Shown here: positions 1-8,483 of the stretch, one piece after another
Layout: every line of letters starts with the position of its first letter
Position numbering within the stretch: the stretch's first letter is position 1
DNA from: an uncultured Nitrososphaerota archaeon
GTDB lineage: Archaea; Asgardarchaeota; Njordarchaeia; Njordarchaeales; Njordarchaeaceae
Reading direction: 5' to 3'
NCBI GenBank assembly: GCA_964518475.1
Contig: CAZFGR010000033.1
Location: 1-15,210 of the forward strand
DNA: 15,210 nucleotides
The notes under the pieces: model-generated
What the model was told of the DNA's origin: nothing
Seen by the model: only the letters and a program-made list of their open reading frames with translations
The model's database searches: none
Position numbers and translations under genes: made by a program

Positions 1-2
1 CT

Positions 3-305
3 GCTCAAGTAACCACTATACAAGGCGTAACAGCGGTTGGTGTATCCGTTGATTACCTCGGTGGAAGTACCGTTATTGCTGGTAGGAGGTATCCAAATCT
101 CGTTATCTATCCAATTCTTCTAACCATTTTCGTAGCAGCTGGTTTCATTGGTTACCGCTACTATTCCTGGATAAAGTTACCAATTGAGGTTCGTGAGGTT
201 ATTCGGTTGATGAAGGCGGTTGAGAAGGGTGTATACGAGTACCCGGCGCCTACGAGGGAAGAGGCAATAAAGGAGGTACTAGCCAAACAGTTAGGACTAG
301 AATAA
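3..305 (+). CDS. 3' end (partial) of a membrane-anchored, probably large surface protein
   Basis: Not in the ORF track. Frame 3 is open from the window edge to TAA 303-305: AQVTTIQGVTAVGVSVDYLGGSTVIAGRRYPNLVIYPILLTIFVAAGFIGYRYYSWIKLPIEVREVIRLMKAVEKGVYEYPAPTREEAIKEVLAKQLGLE*. A beta-rich segment is followed by one TM helix and a charged tail. Confidence 0.8.
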   Translation, partial: AQVTTIQGVTAVGVSVDYLGGSTVIAGRRYPNLVIYPILLTIFVAAGFIGYRYYSWIKLPIEVREVIRLMKAVEKGVYEYPAPTREEAIKEVLAKQLGLE

Positions 306-306
306 A

Positions 307-348
307 CTTTCTCATATACTTTTTCTTGTTTTCTCTTTTTGTTTTATT
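307..348 (+). terminator. Archaeal-type oligo-T/pyrimidine-rich terminator
   Basis: ctttttcttgttttctctttttgtttt lies directly after the stop at 305. Confidence 0.55.
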
Positions 349-632
349 GACGGCAAGTGGCTAAGTTATTTCTTTCTTATAAGTATTGCTAGTTGGAGGT
401 CTCGCTGAAAATGCGATTAATAGTTTATCCAAATTATGGAGGTGAAAATTTTTTTGAGATGTTTTTAAAAAATTATTAGCGAAAACTATTCTTCGTAATA
501 TTCTGTGATAACTCCCCTTTAACGTTTTATAATAACGCATTTCCTTAAAAAGATCATTTAGCGTATAAGAGGATGCTTAATAAAAAACTTTTGGTGATAT
601 GCGGAGATACACGATTAAAAGATCTTAGAACT

Positions 633-1223
633 TTATAGAATAATAGGGTCAAATACGGTGATAGTGAGCCATGTAACTCCGATTGCTATAATTGCTCCGA
701 GAATACTTTGATTAATACTATGAGCCTTCAAATATATCCGAGCCCAAGCTACTGGAATCAGTAAAAGGAAAAGAAGTAGGTGCTCATATCCGAACACCAG
801 AACCATGAATGTTGTAGGTCCTGCTACTCCCGCAGCATGTACACTAACTTTTGCGAAAAATGTGGCTAGTGCGAGTGATGCCGTAACTACTGCGTAGCAT
901 AGATGAAATAAAGCTAGGATACGCTCACCAATACTTAGAAAAATTATGAACCCAGCCAAGTATGATATAATCGCGAAAAAGAAGAATTTAGGTCTCTGTT
1001 CCCTCTCCTCTACAAATAAATCTGTTTCTTTCTTATATGCTGCGTAAATTACTGGAGCGATAGGCAAAACTGAGAGAAAAAGAAAACCCAAAATTCCGAC
1101 AATAAGTAATGTACTAGAAGAATAAGCGGTTTCGGTGAGAATTAATAAGAGGAGAAAGAATGCGTAAACAGGAGCAGAGAATAGGAGAGATATTATTATT
1201 GCAAGTTCTTCTTTTATAGACAA
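633..1223 (-). CDS. PAP2-superfamily-like integral membrane protein (putative lipid phosphate phosphatase)
   Basis: About 6 hydrophobic segments. KVSVH and WARIYLKAHSINQSILG resemble PAP2 motifs C2 (SGH) and C3 (SRx5Hx3D/Q). TTG start with SD GGAGGA (complement at 1231-1236). Confidence 0.7.
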   Translation of the reverse strand: MSIKEELAIIISLLFSAPVYAFFLLLLILTETAYSSSTLLIVGILGFLFLSVLPIAPVIYAAYKKETDLFVEEREQRPKFFFFAIISYLAGFIIFLSIGERILALFHLCYAVVTASLALATFFAKVSVHAAGVAGPTTFMVLVFGYEHLLLFLLLIPVAWARIYLKAHSINQSILGAIIAIGVTWLTITVFDPIIL

Positions 1224-1332
1224 GGTTGAATCCTCCGCTACTACTCTAGAATCCTAAACACGGTACCGATAAAATAATTTTTAGAAATATTTTGTAATAA
1301 TAGAGCTAATAAAACTCGAAGAGGGGTTGGAT

Positions 1333-1953
1333 TTGAAGTTTCTAGTGTTTTCAGACAGCCATGATAATATAGAGAGATTAACCAAAGCACTGGAGTTAGC
1401 CAATAAAGAAAGTGTTGACAAGATATTTTTCTGTGGAGATTTGGTTTCTCCGTTTACGATATCCCTCATAACTGGGAAACTAGGTAAAAATGTTAAATTC
1501 ATTGGTGTCTGGGGGAATAATGAGGGTGATCGCGACACAATTATTCTTAGGTCGGAGAATCTTAGTTATGGCAGAGACGTAGTAATTACGAATCTCGATA
1601 ATTATAGGCTCCTCATGCTTCACGGCGTAGATGATATAGAAACTACGGAAATTCTTGTAAAATCTTTACTCAAAAGCTTAGATTATGACATCATATTATT
1701 TGGCCACACTCATAGAGCAAAACTAATCGTAATTGGTAAAGAAACAAGGGAAATTAGGGAGATCAATATATTAGAGATCTTACAGTCACAAAAACATCCT
1801 AAAGAATTCGTTATTGATTTGAGTAAAGAAGCAGTAGCGGTGAATCCGGGAGAACTCTGTGGATACCTTAGCGGAATATCTACAGTTACGATCTTGCATA
1901 TTAACGGGCAAAAACTAGGCATAAGATACATAAGAATAGACAGTAGTGCATAA
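1333..1953 (+). CDS. Calcineurin-like metallophosphoesterase, MJ0936/YfcE/Vps29 family
   Basis: Motifs SDSHD, CGD, GNNEGD, MLHG, GHTH and NPGE. TTG 1333 (MKFLVFSDSHD) is preferred over 1327 because SD GAGGGG lies at 1321-1326. Confidence 0.9.
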   Translation: MKFLVFSDSHDNIERLTKALELANKESVDKIFFCGDLVSPFTISLITGKLGKNVKFIGVWGNNEGDRDTIILRSENLSYGRDVVITNLDNYRLLMLHGVDDIETTEILVKSLLKSLDYDIILFGHTHRAKLIVIGKETREIREINILEILQSQKHPKEFVIDLSKEAVAVNPGELCGYLSGISTVTILHINGQKLGIRYIRIDSSA

Positions 1954-2020
1954 TACTAAGAAAGAAGTAATCTTAGAACTATTATTCCAATTACTTACTA
2001 ATTGCGTGGGGGAAGTAACT

Positions 2021-2431
2021 ATGAGTAGTTTTGAAGAGGATGTTAAGGAAGTCATGAGTTCCACTAAGGTCAGCGATTTTCTAATACGGGTTAAAACAAA
2101 TGTGAAGGAAAATCTTGAAGATTTAGCTAACTCTATTGCTAAGATAGTTAATGGAGAGATCGCTGAGATTAATGAGGGACAAGCTATTGTGAAAACAAAG
2201 AATGCGCCTCAAGCAGATATAGCTACCAGAATTGCTAAGACAATAAGTTACTGTATCTATATCAGACCTTTAGAAGAGGGTCTCGAAATAGAGGAGTTTG
2301 AGTGCCCACCCTGTGAAGAAGGCGCATTTTCCAAACTACCAGAAAAGTACTTCCTAGTAGGAAAGGATAGAATAGTAGAAAAGCGTGGTAATGATACTTA
2401 TCTCGTCTATGTGTGTAAGTTTAAGAAGTAA
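2021..2431 (+). CDS. Hypothetical 136-aa protein with a CPPC motif (possible metal-binding, ferredoxin-like fold)
   Basis: ATG 2021 is preceded by SD-like GTGGGGGA, so the track's start at 1946 is probably an over-extension. Globular composition with 4 Cys, including CPPC at 2303-2314. Confidence 0.75.
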   Translation: MSSFEEDVKEVMSSTKVSDFLIRVKTNVKENLEDLANSIAKIVNGEIAEINEGQAIVKTKNAPQADIATRIAKTISYCIYIRPLEEGLEIEEFECPPCEEGAFSKLPEKYFLVGKDRIVEKRGNDTYLVYVCKFKK

Positions 2432-2444
2432 TCCTCTAGGAGCT

Positions 2445-4454
2445 TTAACTTCTATTTTTTCCTCTGTACCTTAAGATTCTCATAGAGTTTATAGCCACTA
2501 CGATCGCTAATCCGTCATCTCCTATTAATACCGCTTCTATCAAAGTGATCATTCCGAGTAGTGCAAGGATTACTAGTAAGAGCTTGAATAGGATAGATAA
2601 CGCAACATTAAAGCTTATGATCTTTTTAGTCTGCTTAGCTAGATCTATTAGGTAGGGAATTTGAAGCAAGTTATCATTCGCTAATACTATATCCGCCGTC
2701 TCAATGGTGGTGTCAATGCCTTTCATTCCCATGGCAACACCAACATCAGCCACTGCTATAGCTGGGGCGTCGTTTATACCATCACCAGCGAACATTACTG
2801 GACCAACTTCCTTAGCCAATTCTTTTAGCTTCTCTGCTTTCTCATGGGGAAACATATTGGCATAATATTCTTCAATACCTACACTCTCCGCTACACGCCG
2901 AGCTATCACTTCATCATCTCCAGTCATCATAACTACTTTAGCCACCCTTTTCTTTAACAAGTTAATAGCGTCTCTCGCTTCACTCTTGATGACGTCTTCA
3001 AGTACTAGAATTCCCACCGGACTGTGGTCTACTGCGACATATACCATCTTGCCGTATATGCCTTTTCTCATAATCTCTCCCAAGATCCCAGTGCTTATTT
3101 CAACATTGTTTTCTCTCAATAGTTTCAGACTACCAACTAGAACCTGTTTACCATTAATAAATCCACGAATACCCCTACCCGGATGCTCCTTGAATTTCTC
3201 AACATTTAATAACTCTATTCCCTCGCTTCTGGCCTTCTCCACGATAGCTCTTGAAACGGGATGGTTGGATAGATTAGCAACACTAGAAGCAAGAACCAAA
3301 ATTTCTTTGACGGAGGCATCACTACTCAAGGTTATTATCTCCTTTACCCTCAATTCTCCCCTCGTTAGTGTTCCGGTCTTATCCAGTGCTACCACCTTTG
3401 TATCGGCGGAGATTTCGAGGTGCTTACCTCCCTTTATAAGAATTCCCCGTTTCGCGGCATTAACTATCCCAGCTACGAGTCCAGCGGGAACAGATATTGT
3501 TAGAGCGCATGGGCATGAGAGGACTAAGAGGACGAGTCCTCTATAGATCCATGAAGTGGTAGTACCACCAAATAATATGGGACCCAAAACCATGATTGCC
3601 ATAGAGAGTGTCAGAACTATTGGGACATATTTATTTGCGAAACTCTCAACGAAACTCTCTATTTTAGCCTTCTTTTCACGGGCCTCGAGAACCATTTGAA
3701 TTATCTTATTGAATAGGGACTCCCTAGCTGGCTTCTGGACCTTTATTACCAATTTTCCATCAAGGCAAAATGTTCCCGCGAATACTTCATTGTTAACTGT
3801 TTTGTAAACTGGGATTGACTCTCCCGTTAGTACTGATTGATCAATATTGGCTTCTCCTTCAATAATAATGCCGTCTAATGGGATTCTTTCTCCAGGTCGT
3901 ACGAGTATTTTTTCTCCGGGCAATACTCTCTCGATGGGTACTTCTATTTCCTTACCATTTTTTAATACTCTAGCTTTTTGAGGAAAGTACTTCATCAGAG
4001 TCTTTATTTCTCTCTCCGCTTTAGCCACGGCTATTGTTTCTAGATAATCAGCTACCACGAACAAGTTCACTACTAGGGCAGCCTCTAAGTATAGACCTAT
4101 AGCAATTCCACCAACCGCCGCTAAGAATACTAGAAAATCTACATCAAACTCTCTATGCTCGAGAAGTTCCTCAAATCCCTCGACGAATATTCGGAGACCC
4201 CCCAGAAATGTGGAAAGTATAAAGAGTAGGCTAGATAAGGGCAGATTAATCAATGGCATTAAGATGTTGAGAGATGGTAGTAGAAATTCTAGAACGATAG
4301 CTATTCCGAGGAGAGTAAAGGATAAATATAAGAAGAAAGGTATATGGCCAAGGAACCCCTCGCTTTCTGCTCTGCAGACTAGAGGACCGCAAATTTTACA
4401 TTTGTAACCGGCTTCTCTGGTTTCTGGTCTAGTGAAGTTTATTTCTAAACTCAT
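2445..4454 (-). CDS. cadA: Heavy-metal P1B-2-type ATPase (Zn/Cd/Pb exporter, CadA/ZntA-like)
   Basis: TGES, SCPC, DKTGT, NHP, MMTGD and GDGINDAP. Lys in the penultimate TM (ILFKLL) and Asp in the last TM (IGDDG) are P1B-2 signatures. SD GGAGG at complement 4464-4468. Confidence 0.88.
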   Translation of the reverse strand: MSLEINFTRPETREAGYKCKICGPLVCRAESEGFLGHIPFFLYLSFTLLGIAIVLEFLLPSLNILMPLINLPLSSLLFILSTFLGGLRIFVEGFEELLEHREFDVDFLVFLAAVGGIAIGLYLEAALVVNLFVVADYLETIAVAKAEREIKTLMKYFPQKARVLKNGKEIEVPIERVLPGEKILVRPGERIPLDGIIIEGEANIDQSVLTGESIPVYKTVNNEVFAGTFCLDGKLVIKVQKPARESLFNKIIQMVLEAREKKAKIESFVESFANKYVPIVLTLSMAIMVLGPILFGGTTTSWIYRGLVLLVLSCPCALTISVPAGLVAGIVNAAKRGILIKGGKHLEISADTKVVALDKTGTLTRGELRVKEIITLSSDASVKEILVLASSVANLSNHPVSRAIVEKARSEGIELLNVEKFKEHPGRGIRGFINGKQVLVGSLKLLRENNVEISTGILGEIMRKGIYGKMVYVAVDHSPVGILVLEDVIKSEARDAINLLKKRVAKVVMMTGDDEVIARRVAESVGIEEYYANMFPHEKAEKLKELAKEVGPVMFAGDGINDAPAIAVADVGVAMGMKGIDTTIETADIVLANDNLLQIPYLIDLAKQTKKIISFNVALSILFKLLLVILALLGMITLIEAVLIGDDGLAIVVAINSMRILRYRGKNRS

Positions 4455-4596
4455 CGCTAAGAACCTCCAAAAGCTATATATACCCTCCTAACTATGGTAT
4501 TCTCAAGGAAAGAGTTAAATTATTTTATCTTTTATTTTGGTATAACATGGTTATAAACAAAAAATATAAAACATATTGTATGAAGGTGCTAAAATC
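4455..4596. promoter_or_regulatory. Divergent promoter region between the two metal ATPases, with palindromes
   Basis: TATAAC-atg-GTTATA perfect inverted repeat at 4541-4555; ATACC-N11-GGTAT at 4480-4500; TATA-like boxes at 4551-4557, 4565-4570 and 4475-4482. Confidence 0.55.
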
Positions 4597-6660
4597 GTGC
4601 ATCACGATGTCTCTTCTTCTCACTCTCATGAAGTGATGAAAAAACATTCTGAAATGGAACATGTTGGGAAACATGAGCAGGAGCATGGAGATGGTTCCGC
4701 GGTTCCTCATATCAAGCATCATAAGATGATGTTAAGAGATTTTAAAAGAAGGTTCATTGTATCAACGTTGCTAACGATTCCCCTGCTGCTAGTGTCCCCG
4801 TTTATACAATCCGTAATAGGCATCACAATAGCTATTCCCTATAAAAACTATATCCTGTTTGTCCTGGCCTCTATCATTTATTTCTACGGCGGCTTTCCAT
4901 TCTTAAAAGGGCTTATCGAAGAGATCAGTAAGCATAAACCTGGAATGATGACTCTGATAGGTCTAGCTATATCTGTTGCGTACGTATATAGTAGTGCGGT
5001 CACTTTTCTAATACCTGGTAAGACATTTTTCTGGGAACTTGCAACTCTGATTGATATAATGTTGTTAGGCCATTGGATAGAAATGCGCTCTGTTCTCGGG
5101 GCTTCAAGAGCATTAGAAATGATATCGAAATTGTTGCCTTCTAGGGCTCATAAGGTTCTAGAGGACGGCTCTGTAGTTGATGTTCCAGTTTCAGAGATAC
5201 GTGTAGGGGATAAAATTCTCGTAAGACCTGGAGAAAAGGTGCCTGTGGATGGAGTAGTTGTGGATGGAAAAACTAGTTTGGATGAATCCATGCTCACTGG
5301 CGAATCTTTACCCGTACATAGGGGGCCTGGGGATAAGGTTATTGGGGGTGCAATAAATCTTGAAGGAGCCATAATCGTCGAGGTCACAGCTACTGGCAAG
5401 GATACCTACGTGGCACAGATAATAAATTTGGTACAAGAAGTTCAGATGGCTAGATCACGTATGCAGGATCTAGCCGATAGAGCAGCTTTCTTCTTAACAA
5501 TAATAGCTATTGTTGCTGGTACAATAACTTTCTTTACATGGTTGTTTTATCTGGGAGATCCTCTATTCGCATTAGAAAGAATGGTTACTGTCATGGTAAT
5601 TACTTGTCCTCATGCGCTTGGTCTTGCTATCCCATTAGTAGTAGCCGTCTCTACGGCGGAATCTGCGAAGAATGGTTTATTAGTAAGGAATAGACAGGCA
5701 TTTGAAAGGGCAAAAAATGTGAATGTAGTTGTTTTTGATAAAACTGGTACGCTTACTAAAGGGATTTTCGAGGTCACAGATATTGTAGCTATAAAAGATG
5801 TCGATAGCAAAGAATTGTTAAGAATCGCAGCTTCTCTAGAAGTGAACTCTGAGCATCCAATCGCTAGGGGAATCATGAAGAAAGCTGAGGAACTGGGCTT
5901 ATCCTTATTCAGGGTAAATGATTTCAGGGCGATAACTGGTAAGGGAATAGAAGGATCCATTAATAGTCAAAAGTTCATGGTTGTAGGGCCTGGTTATTTG
6001 AAGGAAAATGGTATTGAGGTAAAATCTGAGGAAGTAAGGAAATTACAGGCCGAAGGAAAAACAACGGTGTATGTCCTTAGGGGTAGAGAGGTTCTGGGTG
6101 CTATAGCTCTTGCAGATACGCCAAAACCAGAATCTTTTGAAGCTATTAGGGAGCTTAAACAGCTGGGAATCGAATGTATAATGTTAACTGGTGATAATAG
6201 AGTAACAGCGGAGCGAATAGCTAAAGAGCTCGGAATTGAAAGAGTTTATGCTGAGGTATTGCCCCATGAGAAAGTCAAAGTTATCAAGGAGCTCCAGTTA
6301 GAGGGCAACATTGTAGCAATGGTTGGAGACGGAGTAAACGACGCACCTGCTCTTATTCAAGCTGATGTAGGAATCGCAATAGGTGCGGGCACTGACATAA
6401 CTATTGAGTCTGGCGATATAATCTTGGTAAGAAGTGATCCTAGAGATGTCGTTATGGCTATAAGATTAGCAAAGGCAACATATCGTAAAATGGTTCAGAA
6501 TCTTTTATGGGCCACGGGGTATAACACTATTGCTATTCCAGCAGCTGCGGGAGTCTTTTATAAACTCGGAATCCTGCTTTCACCAGCTGTAGGCGCAATA
6601 TTAATGTCGTTAAGCACTGTGATAGTGGCTATCAATTCCAGATTTCTGCATATTGACTAA
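4597..6660 (+). CDS. copB: Copper-exporting P1B-3 ATPase (CopB type)
   Basis: His-rich N-terminus (11 His in the first 42 aa from GTG 4597, SD GAAGGTG at 4582-4588). Motifs [35 protein letters not shown] and MSLST. Confidence 0.93.
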   Translation: MHHDVSSSHSHEVMKKHSEMEHVGKHEQEHGDGSAVPHIKHHKMMLRDFKRRFIVSTLLTIPLLLVSPFIQSVIGITIAIPYKNYILFVLASIIYFYGGFPFLKGLIEEISKHKPGMMTLIGLAISVAYVYSSAVTFLIPGKTFFWELATLIDIMLLGHWIEMRSVLGASRALEMISKLLPSRAHKVLEDGSVVDVPVSEIRVGDKILVRPGEKVPVDGVVVDGKTSLDESMLTGESLPVHRGPGDKVIGGAINLEGAIIVEVTATGKDTYVAQIINLVQEVQMARSRMQDLADRAAFFLTIIAIVAGTITFFTWLFYLGDPLFALERMVTVMVITCPHALGLAIPLVVAVSTAESAKNGLLVRNRQAFERAKNVNVVVFDKTGTLTKGIFEVTDIVAIKDVDSKELLRIAASLEVNSEHPIARGIMKKAEELGLSLFRVNDFRAITGKGIEGSINSQKFMVVGPGYLKENGIEVKSEEVRKLQAEGKTTVYVLRGREVLGAIALADTPKPESFEAIRELKQLGIECIMLTGDNRVTAERIAKELGIERVYAEVLPHEKVKVIKELQLEGNIVAMVGDGVNDAPALIQADVGIAIGAGTDITIESGDIILVRSDPRDVVMAIRLAKATYRKMVQNLLWATGYNTIAIPAAAGVFYKLGILLSPAVGAILMSLSTVIVAINSRFLHID

Positions 6661-6738
6661 ATTTTATTTCCTTTCTTTGCAAAAACTTATTAGGACAGAA
6701 ATATTTTGCGCAAAAGCTTTTAGTAAAGCTGAGGAGGC

Positions 6739-7581
6739 ATGAAAGAACTGGGAGAAAGGCTGGAAAGAGTTTATAAACTTGTTCAATGGGCGGATGATCC
6801 CTATACACAAGCGGGTAAGAAAAGATTCGAGACCTATGTAACGCTTTTTAAAGGTTTTGTAGAACACGAATGGTTGTCAAAGCTTTTAGAGAGAAAAGTC
6901 TTGAGGATAGTTGATATTTGTGGATCCACAGGGATTGGTGGGATAGCTCTGGCTAAAGTTTTGAGCGAGTATACTACTGTTAAGTTATGTATTCTAGATT
7001 TGAGGAGGGGTGCTCTAGATATAGCTAGGAGATTTAGTAAGGAAATGCTTGGTTCTGAAGCAGAAACTATCGTGCATGATGTTAGAAAGATTCATGAGCT
7101 AGGTAAGGAGTGGGACATTGGATTAATGACTGGGTACTCCATGACTCACTTTAATCCGTGGGAAGCTATTAAGATATTTTCGGGTATAGCAGCCTCGTTG
7201 TCTAATGATGGATTATGTTTCTTTGAGGAAGTTGATAGGATATACCATGTATTTCTGCGAATGGGTTATAAACGTATCTTGCCAGAGAGAATGGATGATG
7301 GATCAGTTACTATCTCAATACATAAACGCTACGATGTTATCACGGGTTCAATGGAGAGAGTCTATATTGACTTAGTAACGAGAAACTTCGAAGGCTTAAA
7401 AACTTATTATTGGAGTCTATCAGAACTAATGGCATTATTATGGATCTTTTTCAAGGAGATCGACTTCGTAGCTACAGCTTCACCATACTATGGATTCATA
7501 ATAGTTAAAGAACCGCGCCGAATAGTCACTCCTGAGATGTTTCTAGAGGAGCCTCAGGTTTTAAAGAAAAACGAGAGATAA
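6739..7581 (+). CDS. Class I SAM-dependent methyltransferase
   Basis: Motif I-like IVDICGSTGIGG, acidic end of beta2 (ILDLR), VHDVR, WDIGL, and motif-III-like LSNDGLCFFEE. SD GAGGAGG immediately upstream. Confidence 0.85.
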   Translation: MKELGERLERVYKLVQWADDPYTQAGKKRFETYVTLFKGFVEHEWLSKLLERKVLRIVDICGSTGIGGIALAKVLSEYTTVKLCILDLRRGALDIARRFSKEMLGSEAETIVHDVRKIHELGKEWDIGLMTGYSMTHFNPWEAIKIFSGIAASLSNDGLCFFEEVDRIYHVFLRMGYKRILPERMDDGSVTISIHKRYDVITGSMERVYIDLVTRNFEGLKTYYWSLSELMALLWIFFKEIDFVATASPYYGFIIVKEPRRIVTPEMFLEEPQVLKKNER

Positions 7582-7602
7582 TATTTAAACATCTCTCTTC
7601 TT
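7573..7602 (+). terminator. Hairpin plus pyrimidine tract after the methyltransferase
   Basis: GAGAGAT (7573-7579) pairs with ATCTCTC (7591-7597) and is followed by TTCTT. Confidence 0.35.
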
Positions 7603-7700
7603 AACCGTAGTTTTCCCAAATGCATTGACGCAGCATAGAGTTCTCATGTAAAGAGGGACTATATTGTTATAATGTGAACTCACTACATCTTTTTCAGTGA

Positions 7701-7717
7701 TATAACTATATAGCTAT
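7701..7717 (+). promoter_or_regulatory. TATA-containing near-palindrome, candidate vapBC autorepression operator
   Basis: ATAACTATATAGCTAT (7702-7717) is palindromic with one mismatched pair and ends about 15 nt before the antitoxin ATG. Confidence 0.4.
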
Positions 7718-7731
7718 CGAGGATAATTGGT

Positions 7732-7977
7732 ATGGCTAGGTACGTTACAATATCTGTTCCAGTTGAGGTAAAGAAAAGACTTGAAAAACTAAAAGGAAAG
7801 GAAGATTGGGGTAGTTTTCTCTTAAGAATATGTATGGAGTATGAGAGAATGTTGCGTGAGAAAGCTTTTAGAGAAATCCTTGAGATTCTCGACGAGAACG
7901 ACTTGGAAACTATAGAGTCTTCCGCCAGAGAATTTAGGAAGAAATTCAGAATTGGTGATACTAGTGAAACTCTTTGA
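7732..7977 (+). CDS. vapB: VapB-family antitoxin (RHH-like N-terminus)
   Basis: MARYVTISVPVEVKKRLEKLKGKEDWGSFLLR has a strand-helix-helix pattern, with an acidic C-terminal half. It overlaps the start of a PIN-domain gene. Confidence 0.85.
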   Translation: MARYVTISVPVEVKKRLEKLKGKEDWGSFLLRICMEYERMLREKAFREILEILDENDLETIESSAREFRKKFRIGDTSETL

Positions 7978-8324
7978 CATATCAGTCATAATCCACATGA
8001 TTAAGAGCAAGAAATTCGAGCCTGGAGCTATTTCTGTGATAACATTAATAGAGATTATCAGAGGCTTAAATAAAACCAAACGAGAGAAGGTAAAAGAGAA
8101 GCTTGAAACAGCTTTTGAAATTATTCAATTAGATAATTAAGGTGATTCAAGTTTACTGTGATCTCTATATACAATTAAAGAGAAAAGGCGAATTATTATC
8201 GGATGCTGATCTATTAATGGGAGCAAGTGCTAAGGCTTATAATCTAGAACTAGTCACTATGGATACGGATTTTAAAAAGCTAGAAAAATATGGTGTAAAA
8301 GTAAAGTTGATCAAAAATCAATGA
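7964..8324 (+). pseudogene. vapC: VapC PIN-domain toxin interrupted by a 1-nt insertion
   Basis: N-half MKLFDISVII...ISVITLIEIIRG (GTG 7964, SD GGTGA 7954-7958) stops at TAA 8138-8140. The C-half ..SDADLLMGASAKAYNLELVTMDTDF continues in the +1 frame. Deleting one T in GATAAT-T-AAGGTG restores D-N-K-V-I-Q and a ~119-aa PIN domain. Confidence 0.85.
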
Positions 8325-8483
8325 AGATTAATGAAACATAATTCCTTAAAATAGCGAGTAGAGGTTTCTTAAGCTTCTTAGAAATTATAAGCTTTAGACA
8401 GAAGAGGTAGCGCAGTATAAATATTTAATATTGTTTTTCCTGATGAAGGATAACTCGGAAAATACTTCTTGTTAGGGTTCCTT

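Noticed and set aside
1281-1931. Minus-strand ORFs 1281..1538 and 1710..1931
   Set aside because: Antisense to the well-supported phosphoesterase, with no motifs.
2986-3546. 186-aa ORF, and 5610..5960 (116 aa), sharing the peptide PLVSVPVLS
   Set aside because: Both are antisense shadows of the ATPases. The shared peptide is the reverse complement of the conserved DKTGTLT(R/K)G codons.
4210-5399. ORFs 4210..4407, 4525..4722 (Met/His/Phe-rich) and 5148..5399
   Set aside because: Antisense to the ATPases. The odd composition of 4525..4722 mirrors the CAT/GAA codons of the CopB His-rich tract.
8368-8397. Two AAGCTT palindromes upstream of the dehydratase gene
   Set aside because: Short and in AT-rich DNA, so not distinguishable from chance.
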